Source of the DNA: an uncultured Planctomycetaceae bacterium
GTDB taxonomy: Bacteria > Planctomycetota > Planctomycetia > Pirellulales > PALSA-1355
DNA length: 64,000 bases
Reading direction: 5' to 3'
NCBI GenBank assembly: GCA_963785305.1
Contig: CAWAUV010000008.1
Coordinates: 608,001-672,000 of the forward strand
Notes under the pieces: generated by a model
Database searches by the model: none
Told to the model about the DNA's origin: nothing
What the model saw: the letters and a program-made list of their open reading frames with translations, nothing else
Translations under genes and position numbers: made by a program
Part shown: positions 10,888 to 23,782 of the stretch, piece by piece
How the letters are laid out: each line of letters opens with the position of its first letter
How positions within the stretch are numbered: the first letter of the stretch is position 1

Positions 10888-13367
10888 GTGGTAAGGCTCA
10901 AGCGTTGGTCGATGGCGAATGGCGCCGGCTACTCGTCGATCTTGGGATTGGCGCTCGGTTGCGCGTGGCTCGCCGGATGCGAACAAGCCGCCGAGCGGCC
11001 GCAGCGCCTCGCGGGCAAGCCGGCGGAAACAGAATCCGCGCCCGAAGCGAAAGCGAGCGCGCCAAAAGCCGACGAGGCTCCGAAAAGCGACACCGCCAAG
11101 AGCGACGCCGTGCGGAAGTCCGACTCCATGTCGACGGCCCAAGCTCCCGCGGCGGCCGAAGGCTCGGCGAAGTCTGGCGAAGGCTTGGCCGATTCCGCCG
11201 GCGGCAAGACAGCTCCTCCCGCTTCTGCCCCGGCCACCCCATTGCAACCCGTTTCCGAAAGCGCCGCGCTTATGAAAACCCCGCTCATTCCGCGCGATGT
11301 CTTGTTGGGCAATCCCGACAAAGCCGCCGCCCGTATCAGTCCCGATGGCAAACGGCTCAGCTACCTCGCCCCGGTCGAGGGAGTGCTCAATGTTTGGGTC
11401 GGCGCGGCCGACAAGCCCGAGGAAGCCGCTCCCGTCACGCACGACACCTACCGCGGCATCCGTTCCTACTTTTGGGCCTACACCAACAACCATATCCTCT
11501 ACGAGCAAGACAAAAACGGCGATGAAGACTTTCATGTCCACGCCGTCGACCTTGCCTCGGGCGATATCAAGGACCTTTCGCCGCTCGAAAAAGTGCGGGC
11601 CGAGATCAATGGCGTCAGCGAGCGCTTTCCCGACGAACTGCTTGTCGGACTCAACGATCGCGATCCGCAGTACCACGATATCTACCGGGTGAACATCCTC
11701 ACCGGCGAACGCAAGCTGGTGCAAGAAAACCCCGACTTCGCGGGCTTCCTGAGCGACGACGATTTCCGCATTCGCTTCGCCTCGAAGATGACGCCCGACG
11801 GCGGCTCGACCTATTTCCAGCCCGACGGCGACGGCGGCTGGAAGGAATTCATGAAGATTCCTTTCACCGATTCGCTCACCACCGCGCCGGCCGGATTCGA
11901 CAAGTCGGGCGATGTGCTCTACCTGCTCGATAGCCGCGACCGCAACACGACCGCGCTGGCCAAATACGACCTGAAGACCGGCAAGGAAACCGTGATCGCC
12001 GAAAACGCCAAGGCCGATGTCGGCGGCGTGATCACGCACCCGATCGAAAAAACGGTCGAGGCCGTGAGCTTCGATTATTTGCGCACCGAATGGGATGTGC
12101 TCGATAGCTCGATCCAACCGGATATGGACTATCTCAAGACCGTGGCCGATGGCGAAATTCAGGTCACGAGCCAAACACTCGACAACAACACCTGGACCGT
12201 CGCCTATCTGATGGACGATGGCCCGGTGCGGTTCTATCTCTATGATCGCCAAAAGCGCCATGCGACCTTTCTCTTCACCAACCGCAAATCGCTCGAAGGC
12301 CAGCCGCTAGTGAAGATGCATCCGCTTGAAATCAAATCGCGCGACGGCTTGACGCTCGTGTGCTATCTCTCGCTACCGCCGGAGAGCGACCCCGACGGCG
12401 ATGGCGTGCCCGAGCGGCCGGTCCCGCTGGTGCTCGATGTCCACGGCGGTCCCACGGCCCGCGATTCCTGGGGACTCGATTCAAATGCCCAACTGCTGGC
12501 CAATCGCGGCTATGCGGTGATGGCCGTGAACTATCGCGGCTCGACCGGCTTCGGCAAGGAATTTCTCAATGCCGGCATCAAGCAATGGGCCCGCAAAATG
12601 CACGACGACCTGATCGACGCGGTCGATTGGGCGATCGAGCAGAAGATCGCCGATCCGAACAAGGTGGCGATCACCGGCGGCAGCTATGGCGGCTACGCCA
12701 CGCTGGTGGGCCTCACGATGACGCCCGAGCGGTTTGCCTGCGGCGTGGACATCGTCGGCCCCTCGAATCTCGATGACGCTACTCAATACAATTCCGCCCT
12801 ATTGGGCGCCGGCGATGCAGATGTTCAAGGATCGCGTGGGCGATGTGACGCACCGAGGAAGGCCGAGCACTGCTTGGAAGAGCGTTCGCCGCTGAACTTC
12901 GTCGACCGGATTCAACGGCCGCTGCTTGATCGGCCAGGGCGCCAACGATCCGCGCGTCAAGCAGGCCGAGGCCGATCAGATCGTGGCGGCGATGCAGAAG
13001 AAGCGGATTCCGGTCACCTATGTGCTGTTTCCCGACGAGGGCCACGGCTTTGCTCGACCGGAAAACAATCTGGCGTTTACCGCGGTGACGCGAAGCGTTT
13101 TTGGCGGCACATCTTGGCGGACGTTTCGAGCCGATCGGCGACGCGCTCAACGGCTCGACGATCACCGCTCCGGCCGGCGCCGACGATGTGCCCGGCCTCG
13201 CCGCCGCGCTCAAGGACCACAAGCCGCCGGCTGTTCAAGCCTCGGGCGAGCAGTCAGACGAACCCAAACCGGATGAACCCAAACCGGATGAACCCAAACC
13301 GGAAGGGCCCAAACCAGACGAGCCCAAACCGGAAAGCGGCGCGAAGCCCGAGAGCGGCGACAAATAG
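10888..13367 (+). CDS. S9-family (prolyl oligopeptidase/acylaminoacyl) peptidase, probable lipoprotein; several frameshifts
   Basis: AAGGAGG RBS before GTG; LAGC lipobox; [19 protein letters not shown] and PDEGHG catalytic motifs. Confidence 0.88.
13257..13331 (+). repeat. 15-bp tandem repeat x5 encoding (D/E)(E/G)PKP
   Basis: gatgaacccaaaccg-like units at the peptidase C-terminus. Confidence 0.85.
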
Positions 13368-13446
13368 TTCGCGGCGTCAGGATTTTTCCGTTCTCTCCGC
13401 GCCTCCGCGTGAACTCTCTCCTGGCGGAGCGTTTCGCCGAGGGCCT

Positions 13447-14661
<1,215 letters not shown>

Positions 14662-14913
14662 GAGGAGTCAACCCTTTTTCAATCGTGGCAAGTCTGGATT
14701 CTGATGTTCGCTGATCGGGAGCCCCGATCCGACGATCCGGGCCGCCAACGTGAGGCGCGGGAAATACCAAAAACGGCCCGGCGCCCCGAGCGCGAGGGTT
14801 CTATTGTGTGCCGAGGGGGAAATCTTGACAAGCGGCCCGCGCTCGGGGGCGACTTCCGCGGCGCTTGACGCCGCTCATCAGCACACTGTTCACCACTGTA
14901 TTCAGCGCAGTGC

Positions 14914-17900
14914 TCAGCGCGCCGCGCGGGCCGGGCTGCCGTGCCAGTGGCTCTCGCCCGGCAGGGTTTCGCCCTTCATCAGCAGCGACAGGTCACCCAG
15001 TCGAGCGCCGGGCTCCATCACCGTGTCGTACAACACGAGCGACAGCGCACAACCGTAGCCCGATCGCCGATGCGAATGGTCGACATTTTCATCACGCGGT
15101 CTTCGAACAGATGGGTTTGAATCGTGGCGTCGTGATTGAGCGCCACATCGTCGCCGATCGTGATCAAGTCGAACTCCGTGAGCGCGGTAGTTTCCATCCA
15201 CGCGCGGCGGCCGATCTTCGCGCCCAACAGGCGGAAGAACCACGGCAAAAACGGCGTGCCCTCCAAGCTGCCGGTGAGAAACAGATCGGCCAGGTTTTCA
15301 TGCAGCGCCGTGACCAATTCGGTTCGCCAGACAAACGCGCTCCACAGCGGCTTCTCGGTTGGCTTGTAGTGCCCCATGAGCGCCCACTTGGCCGCGATGA
15401 CAAACAGCGTGGCCGCCAAACCGCAAGCAATATAAACCAGTGGAAACAGCGCCAGGAGCGCCGGCAGCGACACGTTGGCCCGCAGCGCGAGAATCGCGTT
15501 GAGCAGCGCGCTCGTAATGACCAGAAACACGCTCGCCGGCAGCGTGATGCGAAAGAACTCGATCGTGGCCCGCTGGACCCAGAGCTTGCGGCTGGGCTTG
15601 AAGGTGTGCTCCTCGGCAAAGGCGGCGCTCGTTTGCCGGCTGGGCAAATAAAACGACGGCGAGCCGAGCCAACTCGTGTTGGCCGGCGCCGTGCGCGGCG
15701 CTTCGGGCGGCGCCGAAAGACAACCGATCAGCGCGCCCTCGCCGATTGTCGCGCCCGAGGGCACGAGCGCGCTATTGCCGATAAACGCGCGGGCGCCGAT
15801 CGTGGTTTCGGCGATCGTGATCCCGCCGCGTTCGACGCGCGCGGCGCCCAGACTCACGGCGTCGGCAATGAAGCCTTCTTCTCCGATCGACAGCAAATCC
15901 GGCGAGATAAAGCTGGCGGTCGAGATTTCGGCCCTTTTCCCGAGCTTCGCGCCGAAAAGACGATACCAGGGCGCGAGATAGATCGTGGCGTAGAGCGGGC
16001 CGACGACATCGAGACTCAGTTCGAGCAACTGGTCGACGAACCATTTGCGAAAATAGAAACCGCCGGCCACGGGATACGTTCCCGCGCGCACCCGGCCAAG
16101 CAGCAGCCACTTCGCCGCCGCGATTTCGAGACACAAAAACACGATGAACGACAGGGCCACCAGCGGCGTCGTGAGTAGATACTCGGCGTAGCTCACTCGG
16201 TAGTCCAGGTGATTCAGATACATCACTCCCGGCAGAAACGCGCCCAAGGCCAAGAGCGGAAACACGAACACGCCCGCGGCATACATGAGTCCGAGCCCAA
16301 TCCCGCGGGCCGCGCTCGGCCGCTCGAATACCCGCGCGGGGGCGAGGGACCGCGCCTGCGCGGCGGGCGAGCCGACCCATCGCTCGCCCGGACCGATCGA
16401 GTCGCCGGCGGCGAGTAGCGACAAGTCTTCAAGCTGCGCGTCGTCGGCCAGCGAAGCGCCCAGGCTCACCACGGCCCGCGTGCCGACAAACGCGCGCCGA
16501 CCGATGCGAATCGGCCCGAGATGCAACTGGCCGTCGGCCACGGTGTAGCCGGCCAAGCTGGCGTCGACGCCGATCGAAGCGTCGTCGCCGATCTCGACCA
16601 GATCGAAGCTTCCGCAGCTATCGGTCGCCAGAAACACATTGCGGCCGACCCGTGCGCCCATGAGGCGATAATAAATCGCCAGCAGCGGGGTGCCGGCCAG
16701 ATAGCTGGTGGGAACCACGTTTTGCATCGCTCCGGCCAGCCACCAGCGGAAGTAATACGCGCCCCAAAGCGGATAGCTGCCGGCTCGATAGCGGCCGATG
16801 AGAATCCATTTCGAGGCGATCACCACCGCCAACATCGCCGGATAGACCGCCAGCAGCCCCAGGCACGCGCAGGCCACGGCCATGAGCTTCGAGAAGCGAT
16901 CTTCCACCATGAAGGTATAAGTAAGATACGGCGCGAGCCACTGCAAGCTCGCCAGCGCCAGCGTGAAATACAGGCTCATGGCCTGGGCGAGACCGCAGCA
17001 AAAATGCATTCGCGGCGCGACGGGCCGAAACCGACTCCGGGAGCACGCGCCGGGATCCTGGTCGGAACCCTTTTCCAGGGTCGCATCCTCCGACGCGACC
17101 GGCCGCGCCGCTTCCCGGCTCGCCGCCTCGCTCGCCAAATGCGCGGCCAGTTGCTCCACGGTCGGATACTTATACACATCGAGCATCGAAAGCGATTCGC
17201 AGCTCGCGTGCTTGCGAAGCCGGGAGACCATGCGCGCCGCCAGCAGCGAATGGCCAGCCAGATCGACAAAGAAATCATCGTCGAGCTCGACTCGCTCCGG
17301 CGCGAACACCTCGCGCCAAGCCCGCCACACACGATCTTCCATGGCGCTCTGCGCCGGGCTCGATTTGATCCGCGCCGGTCGCCGAGCGCGGGGCCGGCAG
17401 CGAGCGGCGGTCGACTTTGCCGCTCGGTAGCGTGGGCAGACCCGCAATAAATTCGAAGTGCGCCGGAATCATGAACCGCGGCAGCCGATCCGACAACGTG
17501 GCCCGCAGCGCGACGCCATCGAGCGGCTCGCCTCCGCGCGGCACGATATAGGCGACAAGTTGTTCGATGCCCGCCGCCGCGCCGTGCGTCGTCACCGCCG
17601 CGGCCAATACGTCGCGACATTCGAGCAGCGCCGCTTCGATCTCCGCCAACTCGACGCGATAACCGCGAATCTTGATTTGTGAATCGGCCCGGCCGAGAAA
17701 CTCGATGTCGCCCTCGGCGTTGAAACGCCCCAGGTCTCCCGATTTGTAATACCGCTCGCGGCCATCTTCGTCCGATGGCATCGCGGGGCCCAAGCTGCCG
17801 GAAGCCGGAAGGAAGATGAACTTTTCCGCCGTGAGCTCCGGCCGGTTCACATAACCGCGCGCGACCGCGGGGCCGCCGATATGCAGTTCGCCCACCTCGC

Positions 17901-18981
17901 CCGGCGCCACGGGCCGCAATTGCTCGTCGAGCAGCGCCACCGTATATCCGGGCAGCGGACGACCGATGGTCACCGGCCGGTCGAGTTCGCAGTCGGCATA
18001 GGTGGCCACGACCGTTGCTTCGGTGGGCCCATAGGTATTGACCATGCGCCGGCCGGCGCGGCGCCAGCGGGCCACCAGCGCCGGTGGGCAGGCTTCGCCG
18101 CCAAGAATCAGAAGCCGCACCGTGGGTAGATCGTCTTCCAAGAGCGCGAGCAGCGTCGGCACGCACGAAAAGACCGTCACGCCCGCCGCGGTAAGCAGGT
18201 TCGCCAAGCCCGGACCGGCGTGGGCCATGTCGTCGTCGCCCACCACGAGCGCGGCGCCGGCGGCAAACGCCAACCACACTTCCTCGACCGACGCGTCAAA
18301 CGCGATCGAGAAACCCTGATACACCCGATCGTCGGGCCGCACGGCGAACACCGCCCGCTCGGCCGCGACAAAATGACACACGCTCCGATGCTCGACCGCC
18401 ACGCCCTTCGGTCGGCCAGTGGTGCCCGAGGTGTAGATGATGTAGCCAAGATCGTCGCCCGCGGGCGGGCGATGCGTGGCGTCGCGCCAGGAAATCGGCT
18501 CGGTCGATTCGCCCTGGATCGTGGCGGCGTCGTGATCGAGCAAAACAATGGGGCAGTCGTGTCCGGCGCCAAGATCGGCGAGCGCGTCGATGGTGATGAT
18601 TGCCGCCGCCTCGCAATCCTCGAGAATGAAGCGAATGCGATCGGCCGGATACTCGGGATCGAGCGGCACATAGGCCGCGCCGGCCTTGAGCGCCCCGAGC
18701 AGCGCAATATAGCGGTGCATCGAGCGCGGTAGCAAGAGCGCCACCCGGTCGCCTGGGCCGACCCCCGACCGCTTGAGGTGGTGGGCCAGTTGATTCGCTT
18801 CCTGGTCGACCGTCGCATAACTTTGCTCGCGGTCGCCCAGGACCAGGGCCGGAGCCCAAGGGCGGAGCGCCGCCTGACGCTCGAAAATCGCGTGGAGCAG
18901 CGGCGGCGAAAAACCGGAGGCGTCGAATGCGGCGTCGTGGGCCTCGTGCCTCTTTTCAACGCTCATGTTGGTCGGCATCAT
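14914..18981 (-). CDS. Pls/PosA-family single-module NRPS (A-T-membrane/terminal repeat domains); frameshifts near 17380 and 15055
   Basis: A-domain cores YTSGTTGRPKG, FDASVEE, NTYGPTE, YKSGDL, QIKIRGYRVEL; T domain DDDFFVDLAGHSL; three TM plus beta-helix repeats; QTHLFEDRVMK and LLMKGE terminal motifs. Confidence 0.88.
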
Positions 18982-19267
18982 GGGTGGGGTGTCCCGGGCA
19001 TTCGCGGGCGGCGCGAGAAATCGATGGTCGGATAAGCGGCGAACGGAGCCACGCGTCGCCCGAATCCAGGAAAATCGTCTCTCGTTTCGATCGCCGCGCA
19101 GAGGGGTTCCGCGTGATAAGACGCTAGATGAAACGCCGCGCCGGGGGTCGCGGCGTCGGAACCCAGGGGATTTCTAACAAGAAATTAACAACCCCCGCCA
19201 AGCGGTACAATATGGAAAGCCCGACCCGACGGCCTCGCCGGGCCACTTCGAACCCCCAAAAAGCCCC

Positions 19268-20326
19268 ATGTCCGAGTCATTCGATCCCTACTACCACTGG
19301 CTCGGCATCTCCCCCAAGAACCAGCCGCCCGACCATTATCGCCTGTTGGGCGTGGAGCGATTCGAATCGCATCCCGATGTGATCGCCGCCGCCGCCGACC
19401 AGCGCATCACGCATGTGCGCACCTTTCAAAGCGGACCGCGGGGCAAGCATTCGCAAAAACTGCTCAACGAACTGGCCGCCGCCCGAATCACCCTCCTCGA
19501 TCCGATCAAGCGCGCCGCCTACGATGCCGCGCAGCGCAAACAGATCGTCCAACAATCGCGAACAACCGCTTCGCGCGGCGCTTTGAACGACACCCCGGCG
19601 GCTTCGTCGGCGCCTGCCGCGTCGCCGGATAACAAGACGTCTCGGCCGGTGGTTGAACCCGAAGTTGGGCCGGCCGATCTTGCGAGCTCCGTCGGCGACG
19701 CGGCGCGCCTGCTAGCCTGGGAAGTCTCGCGGCTGTGGCTCGAGCATGTTCGTTTTCCGGCCGCATTTTGCGCGCTCGGCGAGCAAGTCTACGCCGAGGG
19801 ACGCCTGCGCGACGAACTGCCCAACGAGTTCGCGGCGCTCGAGGCGCTCGATCGCGCGGCGCGCGAGCGCGAGGCGAAATCGAAGCCGAAGCCGAAGCCG
19901 AATCCGAATCCGGCCGACGCCGCGTCGGCGAACGCCTCCGGCGCCGCTGGAGCGGCCCTAGCCGCGCGCCCCCGACAAGCCGCCACCAGTCGCCGGGCAA
20001 TTCTCTTGCGAGCGCTCGGCGCCGCCGCTTGGCGCAAAACCGGTCCCCAGGCCGCGCCGCCCGGCGAGCGCGAGCGGCTGGAAACGCTCGCCGAGGAACT
20101 CGCCGCGCTCGAGGCCGACATTGCCCGCGTCGAACGCGCGCGTCCCGGTCATGTGCTCACCCCGCGCTGGCTGGCGATTTGGATCGGCAGCCTCTCGGCC
20201 GCAATCGTGTTGGTGCTCGTGGGCATCCCCCTGCGCTTCGCGGCGCTGGTGCTGATCGCGCCGCCGCTCGGCTTTGGCGTTCGGCGACTGATTGCGAAGA
20301 GTCATGCTTCCAAAAACGGCGAGTGA
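19268..20326 (+). CDS. Membrane protein with a planctomycete-type J-domain-like N-terminus
   Basis: FDPYYHWLGISP...PPDHYRLLGV...LLNELAAARITLLDPIKRAAYD; C-terminal TM helices. Confidence 0.7.
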   Translation: MSESFDPYYHWLGISPKNQPPDHYRLLGVERFESHPDVIAAAADQRITHVRTFQSGPRGKHSQKLLNELAAARITLLDPIKRAAYDAAQRKQIVQQSRTTASRGALNDTPAASSAPAASPDNKTSRPVVEPEVGPADLASSVGDAARLLAWEVSRLWLEHVRFPAAFCALGEQVYAEGRLRDELPNEFAALEALDRAAREREAKSKPKPKPNPNPADAASANASGAAGAALAARPRQAATSRRAILLRALGAAAWRKTGPQAAPPGERERLETLAEELAALEADIARVERARPGHVLTPRWLAIWIGSLSAAIVLVLVGIPLRFAALVLIAPPLGFGVRRLIAKSHASKNGE

Positions 20327-20469
20327 CTCCGGCAAAAACAGCTTCGGCTGCTTGCATTCGCGAGTTTTAGTGGCTTAAACTCGGGCGCCGCCTAATTGGC
20401 TTCCCAAAAACGCTACCGGTGCGTTTCGTCTCGAGTTCCGACGACCCTTCCCCCAGGAGAGATGGCGTC

Positions 20470-21711
20470 ATGCATATTCCTCGCGCGCCGCGGTTCATTG
20501 TGTTCATGGTCGGTGTTTTCGAGATCGCCGTCGTCGGTCCCGCGGCGCGGGTCGCGGCGCAAACCGAATCGTTTCGCGTTCAGGAGATATTCACCAAGCT
20601 CTCGGTCGGTTATGCCACGCGGCTCGTGGATATGAACTCCGACTCGCGGCCCGATATCGTGGTCGTCGACACGGACCGCGTGATTTGGTTCGAGAACCCC
20701 GCGTGGAACATGCACACGATTTCGGAGCATGCCACCAAGACCGACAATGTGTCGATCGCCCCGCAAGATATCGACGGCGACGGCAAGCTCGACTTCGCGC
20801 TCGGCGCCGATTGGCATCCGGGCAACACTCGCGAAAGCGGCACGATCCAGTGGCTCGCCAATCCGGGCATGATCGACGCTCCCTGGCCCGTGTTTCCGAT
20901 CGGCGTCGAACCGACGACGCATCGCATGCAATGGATCGATCTCGACGCCGACGGACGCAACGAGCTCGTGGTGCTGCCGCTGCAAGGCGCCGGCTCGACC
21001 AAGCCGAAATTCGAGGATGTGGCGGTGCGAATGCTGGCCTTTAAGATTCCCCAGGACCCGCGCTCGCGCGACTGGCGGCCCGAGGTGATCAACGACGATC
21101 TGCACGTGGCCCACAATTTCTGCGCGACCGATCTCGACGGCGACGGCGCCGTGGACCTGTTGGTCGTGAGCTTCGAGGGCGTCTCGTGGCTGCGGCGCGA
21201 GAGCGATGGCCATTGGAAGCGAACACTTATTGGCGCGGGCAACCAGCAGACCTCGCCCAACCGCGGCGCGAGCGAGGTGAAACGCGGCAAGCTCGCCTCG
21301 GGCCACGACTATATCGCCACGATCGAACCGTGGCATGGCTTTCAAGTGGTGATCTACACCCGGCCCGCGACGCCCGGCCTTTGGGACCGCCATGTGATCG
21401 ACGACGAGCTGCTCTGGGGCCACGCGGTCTGGACCGTGGATCTCGACGGCGATGGCGACGAGGAGCTAGTCATTGGAGTGCGCGACACGAAGAGCGCCGA
21501 GCGGCCCTCGGGAGTGCGCATCTACAAAGTCGCCGATCGCGAAGGCAAGCACTGGACGCGACGGTTCGTCGATCCGGCGGGCGTGGCGGTGGAAGACCTC
21601 GCCGCGGCCGACCTCAACGACGACCACCGCCCAGACATCGTGGCCGTTGGCCGGGCGACGAAGAATGTGCGCATTTACTGGAACGAACCGCCGGCGGAAA
21701 AGAAGCCGTAG
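20470..21711 (+). CDS. FG-GAP/VCBS repeat beta-propeller protein; start uncertain
   Basis: Repeated DxDGDGxxD motifs; IEPWHG. Confidence 0.85.
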   Translation: MHIPRAPRFIVFMVGVFEIAVVGPAARVAAQTESFRVQEIFTKLSVGYATRLVDMNSDSRPDIVVVDTDRVIWFENPAWNMHTISEHATKTDNVSIAPQDIDGDGKLDFALGADWHPGNTRESGTIQWLANPGMIDAPWPVFPIGVEPTTHRMQWIDLDADGRNELVVLPLQGAGSTKPKFEDVAVRMLAFKIPQDPRSRDWRPEVINDDLHVAHNFCATDLDGDGAVDLLVVSFEGVSWLRRESDGHWKRTLIGAGNQQTSPNRGASEVKRGKLASGHDYIATIEPWHGFQVVIYTRPATPGLWDRHVIDDELLWGHAVWTVDLDGDGDEELVIGVRDTKSAERPSGVRIYKVADREGKHWTRRFVDPAGVAVEDLAAADLNDDHRPDIVAVGRATKNVRIYWNEPPAEKKP

Positions 21712-21786
21712 CAACCGGCGGCTTTTGCGCTCATGGCCGTACAACAACGTTTCCTGACGGGTTTTGACCTGCTCCGGCGACTTCAG

Positions 21787-22365
21787 TTAGTCCGCGTCGA
21801 TGCCCAAAATTAAAACGGGAATATCGATATCCGCTTTGCCTCGGTGCTCGAGGTCCCATACGAACTGCTCGAAATAGGAAACACCGGTCGACATTTCTTC
21901 AGCGAAAGCCTTCACCGGAACGATTTCAACACCACTGTCGATATGGCCGAGGTTTTTGACGATGGTCATCTTCGCGCAAACGTTGTAAACCATGAACGCA
22001 TACTTGCCGAACTGGACCTCGACGCCAAGCTTCGCCTTCACGAAGTCCATTTCTCGAAAGGCGCCGCGGGTTTGCGCTCGCTTCTCGTAGTCAGGGGAAT
22101 AAAAGTCGTTCGGATATTCACAGGGAACCCGAACCACTCGCCAACCGCCGATTTTGTCGAGAAACTCGTGCTTGAACGCCTTGTTGAGCGACCGGGGACT
22201 GAAAAGCTTTCTCCCGAGCATCGTCTTCTCGACGCTTGATTTGGTTTTGTGCGCGGACGCGTCGACGCCGCGAATGGCCGCGTTGACTTCGACGATTAAT
22301 TCGGGATAGCGGTGGGTCACCACTTCCCTGCCACCATTAAACGAATACACGGCGGCGATTTTCAT
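21787..22365 (-). CDS. BglII/BstYI-family type II restriction endonuclease
   Basis: REMDFVKAKLGVEVQFGKYAFMVYNV...MSTGVSYFEQ (D...ExQ active site). Confidence 0.8.
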   Translation of the reverse strand: MKIAAVYSFNGGREVVTHRYPELIVEVNAAIRGVDASAHKTKSSVEKTMLGRKLFSPRSLNKAFKHEFLDKIGGWRVVRVPCEYPNDFYSPDYEKRAQTRGAFREMDFVKAKLGVEVQFGKYAFMVYNVCAKMTIVKNLGHIDSGVEIVPVKAFAEEMSTGVSYFEQFVWDLEHRGKADIDIPVLILGIDAD

Positions 22366-23311
22366 GATTCCCCGTTTTTCGGCGCTCTCAACCACTCAAA
22401 AGGGATTTGGCTCACTTTTTCTCGACCGCTTGGTTGATGGACGGGCTTTCCAAGCGGCCGATAAGGCAAGGCGCCTTCCTCGAAATCCCGAATCCGCTGC
22501 TTGGCGATTTCGATATAAGACGCGTCGCGTTCGCAGCCGATTCCGCGGCGTTCATTTCAAAGCGCGGCCAAGATCGCGGAACCGACACCGGAAAATGGAT
22601 CAAGCACTCGGTCGGCCTTGTCCGTGAGCGCAAGCACGCAACGTTCGACCAATTCGATCGGAAACTGGCAGGGGTGAATCGTCTTTTCCGGGTGATTTGC
22701 CTTCACATTGGGAATACACCACATCCCAGATTCCCATTCGCGCTCGATGAGTTTCCAAATATCCGACGGGTTTTTTCCCAAGGGATTTCCGGATGGCTTG
22801 CCGTATTTGTCTCCTGGCTTGTAGTGGGTTTTTCCGGGATATTTCGACGGCACGCGGACGTTATCGAGATTGAATGTGTAGGAATCTGATTTCGTGAACC
22901 AAAGCAATACCTCGTAACGTCCTGAGAATCGCTTCGAGGCATGAAGTCCATGGTCGAAGTGCCAGACGATGCGATTGCGCAGCTTCAGCCCGCGCTCTTT
23001 GAATAGGGGATAATAGAACATGTCGAGCGGGAAAACTTCCGATTTGTCGACGAAATTTCCCACCTGCCAGCATAGGGAGCCGCGATCCGAAAGAACTCGA
23101 ATAAGTTGCTGGACGATCGGTGCTAGGTTTTCGAGATACGAGGTGAGGTCGGTCGCTTGTTCATATGCCTTCCCGATATTGTACGGGGGCGATGTGATAA
23201 TGAGTTGGATCGATTCGTCGGGAATCGATTTGAGAGTCTCGGCGGCATCGCCAGCGAGAACCATCGCTTGAGCGTGCTCGTTGAATTCGTTTGAAAAACG
23301 AATTGCTCCAT
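22362..23311 (-). CDS. N4/N6 DNA methyltransferase, beta class; 5' frameshift and in-frame TGA at 22557-22559
   Basis: TSPPYN, HPCQFP, VLDPFSGVGS; the frame continues past the TGA (NERRGIGCERD...); its stop overlaps the REase ATG. Confidence 0.85.
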
Positions 23312-23782
23312 CCTACAATAGGCTTCGTTGTGCTTGTTGTTTCGCCATGGTCCGCGAACTCGCTCTCCGCCTTTGAATTCGTTTAATGAGCTCGCCGCGT
23401 TTGCGTCAGGCTCGCTCGGAGGCCGCGACCCACGCCGCGTTTTATTAATTTTAATCCGACTAAGGAATTCGATTTTGGCGTAGGGCCTATTCGGCAACTC
23501 GCCCGTTCCGCGTATGGGAAAGGGTAGGGTGAGTGCTCACCGAAGTTGTTGGATAGGCTCTTAAGTAGTCGACGCTCGCCCTCTTGCTCCAATCGCGATC
23601 AAGGGCGGAGTTGCCGGAAATTGGACTTGCAATCTTCCACGGATATTTGCCCATCCGCGCGAATCGGGGCTCGCCCGCCCTGGCACGCATCTTACCGCGT
23701 CGCGCGAGGCAGTTGTAGTGGCTGGGCCTAATTATACCGAGGCGATTTCTCGCCCCCGGGCAGCGCTTTCGGCGCGGGCGGC

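Noticed and set aside
13392..13420. ctccgcgcctccgcgtg short repeat between convergent genes
   Set aside because: Single short GC-rich motif with no further support in the window.
22557..22559. In-frame TGA in the methyltransferase as possible selenocysteine or recoding
   Set aside because: Not at a catalytic Cys position, no obvious SECIS, TGA is used as a stop elsewhere in the window, and the assembly is error-prone.
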